64,000 bases of DNA from an uncultured virus (IMG/VR IMGVR_UViG_3300025154_000055) (lineage: Duplodnaviria; Heunggongvirae; Uroviricota; Caudoviricetes), in the IMG/VR virus record IMGVR_UViG_3300025154_000055; one strand, 5' to 3'. The translations under genes and the position numbers were made by a program. Shown here piece after piece: positions 56,970 through 64,000 of this stretch; positions within the stretch are counted from its first letter, which is position 1; each line of letters begins with the position of its first letter. The notes below the pieces were generated by a model. It saw nothing but the letters and a program-made list of their open reading frames with translations, did no database searches and was not told the origin of the DNA.

Positions 56970-57167
56970 ATGGAAGATAAAAAATTCATCACCGTTAAGA
57001 TACTCGTCAGTAGCAAAAAGAGTATTGGACACATTATGGCAGAAACAGGCGAGGGGTTGTCGGATGTGGTCGAAAGACTCGTCCAGACTGAGCTTGCTAA
57101 AATATCTCCGCAAGTGTCCAAGACGCTGAAAGAAGCGCGGACAGAGTATGCCGCAAAAAGTGAATGA
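56970..57167 (+). CDS. ribbon-helix-helix (CopG-like) regulator, probably leaderless
   Basis: FITVKI strand then two helices; TAAAAT at 56958-56963 just before ATG. Confidence 0.5.
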   Translation: MEDKKFITVKILVSSKKSIGHIMAETGEGLSDVVERLVQTELAKISPQVSKTLKEARTEYAAKSE

Positions 57168-57296
57168 GGCGACCGCTATAGTCGCCCCATTCTAATCTTC
57201 GCACACTGGGGAGTGGCGAATGCTCTCGACAAAGACATTTTACCACACTCCAAGCGGAAATTCAAATAGTACCATATACCTATAGGAGATTGGTGA

Positions 57297-57872
57297 ATGT
57301 CACTGGAGTTGTGCCAAACTGCCGTTATGGTTCACAAACGGCGAAAAGACGGATTAGTGGTTGCGAGAATTATGTACTGCCATAGACGAGATTGCGAATC
57401 CTGCCAGACCAGAAAAGCAAATAAGTATCTTGAAGTATTCAAGAGCTGTCCCGTTTTGTATTACAGGGTAGTTCCGACTAAGGACGTTAGGACTATTTTG
57501 GATAAGGTTCGTGCAAAAGGCGGGTTTTTCTGGCGATGCAATCTCAGAGGGAATGCCACTGCAATAGTATCCACAGTTGAATTGACTCGAAAGTGGATTC
57601 CGTTCCCTTATGGAAATGACTACGGCGACGATTCATTCCTGATAATGTTCGGATGGTTGATGAAACAAGTTGGGAATGTATCAATGACTCGTTCTGGAAC
57701 TTCCTCAAAGAAAACGATAGACGAGTACGACCAGTACATCGTCAAGAATAAAGATATGTCCGACATGAAAGAACTTCTGACGCACAATGGATACAAACAC
57801 ATTAAAGGCGGACTGTATGCCCCGACTGACTCTGCGGACTGGGACTCTGTTATAGGGAATTGTGTGTTGTAA
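57297..57872 (+). CDS. Zn-finger protein, paralogue of 43847-44647
   Basis: CHRRDCESC; shared blocks; AGGAG RBS. Confidence 0.65.
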   Translation: MSLELCQTAVMVHKRRKDGLVVARIMYCHRRDCESCQTRKANKYLEVFKSCPVLYYRVVPTKDVRTILDKVRAKGGFFWRCNLRGNATAIVSTVELTRKWIPFPYGNDYGDDSFLIMFGWLMKQVGNVSMTRSGTSSKKTIDEYDQYIVKNKDMSDMKELLTHNGYKHIKGGLYAPTDSADWDSVIGNCVL

Positions 57873-57943
57873 ATTATGACGTGCTAGATACGCTATGAGT
57901 TCTTCTTTTGAAGTCAAAGCGTAATAAATACGGGAGAATTTAC

Positions 57944-58390
57944 ATGACTGGTTTTGGAGCAATGTTTAGTAGCGTCAAGCAGGACTGGATAACCCCAGAT
58001 GAAATATTCGACCCTCTTAACGATGAATTTCACTTCACGCTGGATGTTTCGGCATCACCAGAGAATACAAGATGCCACGATTTCTTTTCGGAGGGGGATG
58101 ATGGACTCACGAAAGACTGGAACGGTTCCTGTTGGATGAATCCACCTTTCAACAAGAAGTCTCAGTGGATTAAGAAAGCGTACCAAGAGTCTCTAAAAGG
58201 CGCTACGGTCGCATGTCTTATTCCGGCGAGGACAAACACGAACTGGTTCCACGACTATTGTCTGAGATACGGAGAAGTTAGATTTATTCGGGGGCGTCCG
58301 AAGTTCAAAGGCGCTAAACACGGGCTTCCGCAACCTTTGGCGATTGTCGTTTTTAGACCGCCAAATCTAAATCAAATTGTCTCAACATAA
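57944..58390 (+). CDS. phage N6-adenine methyltransferase
   Basis: DWITP, FTLDV, WMNPPF, LIPARTNT.WFH. Confidence 0.88.
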   Translation: MTGFGAMFSSVKQDWITPDEIFDPLNDEFHFTLDVSASPENTRCHDFFSEGDDGLTKDWNGSCWMNPPFNKKSQWIKKAYQESLKGATVACLIPARTNTNWFHDYCLRYGEVRFIRGRPKFKGAKHGLPQPLAIVVFRPPNLNQIVST

Positions 58391-58402
58391 AGGACGGACG
58401 TG

Positions 58403-59069
58403 ATGGCAGTAATAATCGAAATTAGACAGGCAGAAGGTGGAGACGACTCAAAGATGCTCGTGAACGACCAATGCTCGCTGTACTGTAAGGCGGCATTGCG
58501 GAGGTCGCTTTGAGGTGGATATATTAGAGCAACGGTCTGGATACACTGTTATGCGCGTGTCTGGTGACGGCGAGAATATCTTCTTGAATGAGTTTGGCGG
58601 TCATAGATGGCAGAGAGTACCACCTAACGAGGCGCACGGCAGAGTTCATACTAGCACCGTTACCGTTGCTACATTCAGGGAACCCTCAGAGTCCGAACTA
58701 TCCATTAAAGAAAGTGACTTGCAGTGGAAGATGACTCGCGGGAGCGGGCCGGGTGGACAGAACAGGAACAAAGTGGAGACGGAAGTCGTTGTGACTCATG
58801 TTCCAACGCAAACGACCGTTAGATGCGGAACAGAGCGTTCTCAATTTAGGAACAGACAACTTGCGCTAGGTCTATTGCGTGCCAGAATCTTTTCGACAGA
58901 ACAGACTAAAGCGACTTCTGAAATTAACGCAAACAGGAAACAACAGGTCGGTTCTGGAATGCGTGGGGATAAGCGAAGAACGATACGGATGAAGGACGGA
59001 ATTGTGACTGACCATGTTTTAGAGAGAAAGATGCCACTACAGAGATACCTTAGCGGAGAGATGTTTTAG
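58403..59069 (+). CDS. RF1-like peptide chain release factor expressed by a +1 programmed frameshift at 58508-58513
   Basis: ORF1 MAVIIEIRQAEGGDDSK... ends GGAGGTCG-CTT-TGA; +1 frame has HRWQRVPPNE..GRVHTS, GPGGQ, ERSQ..N. Confidence 0.88.
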
Positions 59070-59606
59070 GCGTCCACCTATTACTAAAGTCTCATTGCCC
59101 CTACAGTGTCCTTAGTGCTAAGATAGGGTTATACTGTACACAGGAGTACGAGATGACCGAAGAGTCGAGAGTTATGCACGACGTAAAGTTTATACGGTAC
59201 GATTTCACACAAAACCCGATTATTTCAGATGAGCGTATTGTGCGTTTCGATTTTCCGAAAGTGACGGACGAGAACATTGGAGAGTACGAGTCTGCCATGT
59301 GGGATGCGCTATTCAAGTTGCCGGGAACGGGCGTAACTGGACATTTCTCCTCCTGGATTATGGTGCAATAATGCGTAGACGAGACGAAGCGCCACGTCAG
59401 GTGGAGATGACGGAGTGGATGGAGGAATCATGAGAAAACAACTACCGATTAACGGCGAGAAGCGCATTGTTCGCAAGTTCTCCCTGTTCCCGATTACGTG
59501 TAACTCTCAAGAGTGGGCGTGGATGGAGTGGGTGAATGTGGAGCAGATGTATTATGGCGGAATTTGGATTCCAGAAGAATGGCACAATATACGCTTCGTG
59601 GACGGG

Positions 59607-59633
59607 AATCTCTCTAAGGATAGGTTGACATAA
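59607..59633 (+). repeat. 27-bp junction motif copy, identical to 8205-8231
   Basis: AATCTCTCTA AGGATA GGTTGACATAA; TAA stop overlaps the next ATG. Confidence 0.85.
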
Positions 59634-60355
59634 TGACGCACGCAGTCGCCTACACGCCCATGTCGTTTTTCGGGAATCATGTCACGAACATGAGTATTTC
59701 CGTAAATAACGCCTATCCGAGTTTCGTGAACTGGGGTGGGGACTTTCACGTCAATCCCATCGGACAATTTGAATACACCATTGACGTATCGTTCATTGTA
59801 GACCGAGAGACGAACGTCTTCGACTCCTTCATGGGTGGAATATTCACCATCTCCAGGATAGGGGATAGTCACATCTGCAAGTATTGTGGAGCGATGGTGA
59901 AGGCGGGGTGCATCTCTTGTCATCGGTGTGCTGGGGATCAGACGCAAGTCGTTAAGGATAGTCGGTATCACAAACTCATTCGAGCAATGGCGTCTGACTT
60001 GAGGATGAACTGGCGGGAAGATAGGACACCCGAAGTGTTCCTACAGATGAAACTCATTGGGGGATTCCACTATGATGAGGGCATGGCGCGTAACCCGTCC
60101 TCTCTCTTTAATGGGTGGTCTACCACTCACGAGACAGATGGATGGATATGCAAGTATTGCAACAGCGTTATTAAGGGAGAAACACTGGACTGCCCGAACT
60201 GTGGCAGTGGGCGTGTCCCCTTTACGGACTTAAAGAAGATGCGAATGAGATGCCTGTACTGTGGAAAACCCGTTAATGGAAACACGGTCTGTAGCGGATG
60301 TGGGGCAACAGACAACGGGTACTCCATGTGGCAACCACGGCTGGACTGGAATTAG
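59633..60355 (+). CDS. multiple zinc-ribbon protein
   Basis: Six CxxC motifs. Confidence 0.65.
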   Translation: MTHAVAYTPMSFFGNHVTNMSISVNNAYPSFVNWGGDFHVNPIGQFEYTIDVSFIVDRETNVFDSFMGGIFTISRIGDSHICKYCGAMVKAGCISCHRCAGDQTQVVKDSRYHKLIRAMASDLRMNWREDRTPEVFLQMKLIGGFHYDEGMARNPSSLFNGWSTTHETDGWICKYCNSVIKGETLDCPNCGSGRVPFTDLKKMRMRCLYCGKPVNGNTVCSGCGATDNGYSMWQPRLDWN

Positions 60356-60748
60356 GAGGAGGGATGAAAACATACACCGTGTCTGAAATCATAGAACAAC
60401 TCCAAAAGATGCCACAAGACGCTATTGTGGTTTACCAAGTTCCATATGAGTCTCATATCTATGGTATTGATTTAGTAGGAGAGAAATCAGTGGTAAAACT
60501 TGTCGAGACGCATTATATATATAGCGGCGACTGCTATGAGGAAGACAAAAATGGCAATATTACTGGAGTGAGACTATTATGAAGCGCATAGCAGTATGGG
60601 TTGGAAACGGGGCCATCGGCGTTGCAGCAGACGAGGATTTAGAAGTTGCATTTATTGATAGGGACGGCGAACGCATTGAGGTCGTCACTGCCAATTCGGA
60701 TTTGCTGAATAAGCGATTTAATGAGTGTTCCCAAGAACCGGAGGACGT

Positions 60749-61135
60749 ATGACTAACGAAGAGGTAGACGCACTAGAGTCAGGGCGAGAACTGGACGCGC
60801 TTATTCATGATGTAGTCATGGCGGGATGGACTACACACTTAACTCCAGAGGAGACTATAATTGCCATAGAGCATGACATGATTCCCTATTACAGCACCAA
60901 TATCTCAGACGCATGGCGCGTGGTGGAGGTGTTCAGGCGGGGATGGAGCAATCATGCCGCTGCCACTATAAACCTTGCAGTAACCGAGGACGACATTGAC
61001 GGAGAAGATTGCTACTGCGATATGGGGTCTCCTGATTTGCGCGACCATCACGGAACAGGGAAACAGATGCCAGAGGCGATCTGCAAGTGCGCCTTAAAGA
61101 TAGCGAACCATGTCCAGAACATTCCGCCGCAATAA
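60749..61135 (+). CDS. phage ABA-sandwich-domain-like protein
   Basis: GRELDALI...PYYSTNISDAWRVVE...AICKCAL. Confidence 0.6.
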   Translation: MTNEEVDALESGRELDALIHDVVMAGWTTHLTPEETIIAIEHDMIPYYSTNISDAWRVVEVFRRGWSNHAAATINLAVTEDDIDGEDCYCDMGSPDLRDHHGTGKQMPEAICKCALKIANHVQNIPPQ

Positions 61136-61504
61136 GAGAACTAACCGAAAGACCGAGCGAGATAACTGGTATCGCAAGGGTGCTCACGGGGCATGGAGTT
61201 GTGGGAACCATCACGGATGCGAGTGGTGCAAGAGTAACAGACTACACAGCGCGGCACTGAGGAAACTGGCGGCACAGAGACAGATGGAGGAAATGTCGGA
61301 ATGAGAACAATATCCATTCACCTAAGCGATAGTCCGTATACTAAAGATTGCCGGGGCGACTTACTCGTTTCAAAGAGTAACGAACCACAAAGACACAGCG
61401 GATTCTTTCTATCACAAGAGGACGCCGATGGACTTATAGAAGCGGTAGAGGGATATATTGATTCGCACAAACTGAACCTGTATAGAACGAAACTGGAGCA
61501 ATGA

Positions 61505-62038
61505 ATGTCTAATTGGGTGATTGGGGTTGATCCAAGCTCAAGCATTAAATCTGCAAGCAATGCTATCGGATGGGTTATTTTCAAGGATGGAGAACTAGAA
61601 TCCTTTGGGGAATTAGCACCAGACCCGCTAGAAGGGTTCTATCGCGTTCGCCAATGGCTAAAAAACAGATTCAAAATGATTTCCGTGAGAGACGCGAAAC
61701 CAGAAGTGACCGTAGCGGTTGAGAGCGTTTTTCTGGGACAAAATCCGAATGTGTTCTATAACTTAACGAGAGTAAAGGCGTTTATAGAAGTCATCACTCT
61801 TGAGAACGCTCACTCCTACAGAGAAGTTTCCGCCCTACAGTCATTTCAGGCAATCACTGGTCTAAAACAATATCCGCTCAAGAATCCAGACGACCCGAAG
61901 AGCGGACGAGCAAAAACGCGGAAGCCCGCTATTCAAAGCGCCGTCAAAGAGAAATACCCCGAATTATCTGATGAGGGAGAGCATATTAGCGATGCGTGCG
62001 CCATTGCGGTGTCTATTATTAAAGGGAATCGTCCATGA
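61505..62038 (+). CDS. RuvC-like Holliday junction resolvase
   Basis: VIGVDPS, VAVESVF, K..IQ..V, SDA.AIA acidic catalytic pattern. Confidence 0.75.
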   Translation: MSNWVIGVDPSSSIKSASNAIGWVIFKDGELESFGELAPDPLEGFYRVRQWLKNRFKMISVRDAKPEVTVAVESVFLGQNPNVFYNLTRVKAFIEVITLENAHSYREVSALQSFQAITGLKQYPLKNPDDPKSGRAKTRKPAIQSAVKEKYPELSDEGEHISDACAIAVSIIKGNRP

Positions 62039-62432
62039 TTGAACAACGCACCGATTGTGTAGACTGCCTATTACACCTCGCGTCCAACTTCTATGTCATT
62101 AAAGAAGCGTGTGCCAGTGTTGGGATAGAGCACGGTCTGTCTACTGACGAGGAACTGGCTATATACGTGTCCTGGTATCACGCGAACGGACACCAATCTG
62201 GTATGAAAAAGACCCTACCGTAATGATAGGGTCTTACCACGTTCTCCAGTTTACCTCGCCCTCAACTCCCAGTTGTCCACGATACGGATTGCCCACCACG
62301 CGCCCCTGTTTCCACGCCCTGCGCCGTGCTTTAGAGAGACGACGCTTCCAGTATCGCCCCGTACCCACTCCGGGCCACACTTCTGAGAAGGACGGGACGT
62401 GACCGTGACGAAAACGAATGGTGTCGGACATG

Positions 62433-62459
62433 AACCTCCCGTGCGGTTACTTTACATAA
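62433..62459 (+). repeat. 27-bp junction motif copy
   Basis: AACCTCCCGT GCGGTT ACTTTACATAA; abuts HNH stop at 62460. Confidence 0.8.
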
Positions 62460-62981
62460 CTAGATTTCTATATACTTCTTCCAAGATTCCGGCCAATCTC
62501 CGCTGACGATAATGTAACTCGTGCGTGGCGTTTTGGCGATAAAATCTGGAAAGTAGAATCTCATTCCGCTGTCTTCGAGACTTCGATTGGATTTGCGCCG
62601 ATTGCACTTAGGGCAGGCCGCGCAAGTATTAGACCACTGAGAGGCGCGAATACCACGACGGATACATTCTTCGCGCGAGATAATGTGGTCAATCGTCCCG
62701 GTAGTTCTATCCAAATCACAGCCACAATACTGGCACTTCCAGTGGTCTCGTGTGAATACAGCGCGTCGGCTCCAGACCGCCTTTTTACGGGGCACATTTA
62801 CGAACCTGCGTAGCCTTAGCACACTGGGAAAATCTAAGGTCAACGAGGGAGACCGGAGTTTCCTGTCCGGCACGCTTTCTAGCATATCCACTTTATCGCC
62901 AAATATCAGGGATAGCGCACGCTGTAAACTGATAGCGCGAAGTGCTTCACCGTTGGCGTTCAACAAAAGTACGGCAGTCAC
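62460..62981 (-). CDS. HNH endonuclease
   Basis: VLLLNA, PSVLRL, RD.W.CQYCG, TIDHI, W.N...AC..CN..K. Confidence 0.88.
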   Translation of the reverse strand: MTAVLLLNANGEALRAISLQRALSLIFGDKVDMLESVPDRKLRSPSLTLDFPSVLRLRRFVNVPRKKAVWSRRAVFTRDHWKCQYCGCDLDRTTGTIDHIISREECIRRGIRASQWSNTCAACPKCNRRKSNRSLEDSGMRFYFPDFIAKTPRTSYIIVSGDWPESWKKYIEI

Positions 62982-63007
62982 GATATATTCCTTTCAAACA
63001 GTGTGAG

Positions 63008-63079
63008 TACCCGACGAGAATATTGAGTTCTCAACCTCGAATTTAGGAAATTCGCGCTCTATCTTTGAGCTAGTCGGGC
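63008..63079 (-). tRNA. tRNA-Arg(CCT)
   Basis: Cloverleaf; anticodon loop TT-CCT-AA; atypical T loop CTCAATA. Confidence 0.75.
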
Positions 63080-63085
63080 ATATAG

Positions 63086-63157
63086 AGACGCCTGTCGGAA
63101 TTGAGCCGACGTATACAGGGTTGCGGCCTGTCACCTAATCCACTCGGTCAAGGCGTC
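63086..63157 (-). tRNA. tRNA-Cys(GCA)
   Basis: Cloverleaf; loop CC-GCA-AC; U discriminator. Confidence 0.75.
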
Positions 63158-63407
63158 ATTTCTATGAGACGTTTTGCGCTTCTGTGGTCGTCTACGTCCG
63201 TCCACTTTCTCGCTATTACCGATCACTTTATGCGCCTTACACATCTGGCATCGGGCGCTGAATCGTCGGCAGACCTTCTTGTCGTAGTTAGCCATGACGA
63301 CTATCCTACAGACAGAGCGAATACGAACGTCCCGCACGCTACGATGGCGAGTATTCCAACAAAACACGCCAAAAATAATTCGTTCATTGGGTTTCTGTTT
63401 TCCATAG

Positions 63408-63480
63408 CACTCCGGTCACGATTTGAACGTGAGTAAACGGTTTCAGAGACCGTTGCACTGGGCCACTGTGCTACCAGAGT
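63408..63480 (-). tRNA. tRNA-Gln(CTG)
   Basis: Cloverleaf; ACGGT-CTCTGAA-ACCGT. Confidence 0.75.
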
Positions 63481-63483
63481 ATG

Positions 63484-63558
63484 TCGCCCAGCTCCGAGTC
63501 GAACGGAGGTGCAACCGTATCCCTGCGCCACTTATAAGATGGTTGGGCATACTGGGCG
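63484..63558 (-). tRNA. atypical tRNA-like RNA, possible TAT (Ile) anticodon, no D stem
   Basis: Perfect acceptor CGCCCAG/CTGGGCG and T arm CTCCG-TTCGACT-CGGAG; CCAT-CTTATAA-GTGG. Confidence 0.45.
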
Positions 63559-63648
63559 TCTTGATGCCAATCTTCGTCATGTGCCACGCGGGGGATTGAC
63601 CCTCGCCACGCTACTGAGACGTGTTAAGTCCCCTGTAAGGGAATCGTG

Positions 63649-63720
63649 TGCCGCCCGTGGCGCTTGAATCCACGTCTACCGATTTTCACCCGGTCGCTAA
63701 ACCATCTCAGCTAGGGCGGC
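63649..63720 (-). tRNA. tRNA-Phe(GAA)
   Basis: Cloverleaf; ACCGG-GTGAAAA-TCGGT. Confidence 0.75.
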
Positions 63721-63723
63721 GTT

Positions 63724-63796
63724 TAGGCGATGGCTGAGTTGAACAGCCTTCTGAGAGGTGTAGGCTCCCCGTGATAGACCCTTCTACTAATCGCCT
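63724..63796 (-). tRNA. tRNA-Val(TAC)
   Basis: AGGCGAT/ATCGCCT acceptor; GGGAG-CCTACAC-CTCTC; TTCAACT T loop. Confidence 0.65.
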
Positions 63797-63939
63797 GTTT
63801 GCTATGTATCGCGGATTCCGCCACGACACTAACGGGATAGCGTCCCGCACCATTTGTCTTCCGAAGACGCATCACGGAGTCGAACCGATTCCCGTCTTAC
63901 CAAACCTCGGTGAGCGAGACAGAATCGAACTGTCTTTCG

Positions 63940-64000
63940 TGGAACTACGGGAACTCGAATCCCGATTCCGATCTTGAGGGGATCGTTACCTGTCCAATTA
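63940..64000 (-). tRNA. tRNA-Glu(CTC), 5' end beyond the window
   Basis: CGATC-CCCTCAA-GATCG; CGGGA-TTCGAGT-TCCCG. Confidence 0.65.

Noticed and set aside
58403..59069. Stop-codon reassignment suggested by a phage release factor
   Set aside because: Recognisable genes are full length in the standard code and end in TAA, TAG and TGA; no suppressor tRNA was seen.
8205..62459. Complete canonical dif sites (XerC arm-6 bp-XerD arm)
   Set aside because: Sequence on the core side of each ACATAA is not conserved beyond 1-3 bp, so only half-sites are supported.
63580..63650. Additional tRNA-Leu(CAG)
   Set aside because: An anticodon-like hairpin is present, but acceptor, D and T arms pair poorly; at best a decayed remnant.
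1..64000. CRISPR array or diversity-generating retroelement
   Set aside because: No regularly spaced repeat-spacer array, no reverse transcriptase and no TR/VR pair seen; the 27-bp motif is dispersed and degenerate.

Overview
This 64-kb window is part of a large double-stranded DNA tailed-phage genome using the standard genetic code. The host is unknown; a Chloroflexota-like host is a weak inference from a Pro/Thr-rich lipoprotein and the multi-domain lysin. 1-9.2 kb (+): tail, receptor-binding and lysis genes. 9.2-43.3 kb (-): replication, recombination and repair genes (AAA ATPase, DnaB-like helicase, RNA ligase, RuvB) and dozens of small early-type genes, many with their own promoter. 43.5-62.2 kb (mixed strands): class II ribonucleotide reductase with an intein, dUTPase, nucleotidase, a release-factor homologue and a RuvC-like resolvase. 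Five DNA methyltransferases are spread over 37-58 kb, and a tRNA cluster ends the window. Main observations: (1) a 27-bp bipartite motif ending in a XerD-arm-like half-site recurs at least 14 times, almost always at gene junctions and in both orientations, suggesting a gene-cassette recombination system; (2) the RNR intein ends in Gly instead of Asn/Gln; (3) a DnaA-domain-IV/HNH fusion gene is flanked by DnaA boxes; (4) an RF1-like factor needs a prfB-type +1 frameshift; (5) a promoter-driven structured ncRNA resembles the raiA motif; (6) about 17 promoters share tandem CRP-like boxes at invariant spacing; (7) two paralogous RHH/antisense-RNA/Zn-finger modules. All calls are by eye, with no database searches.
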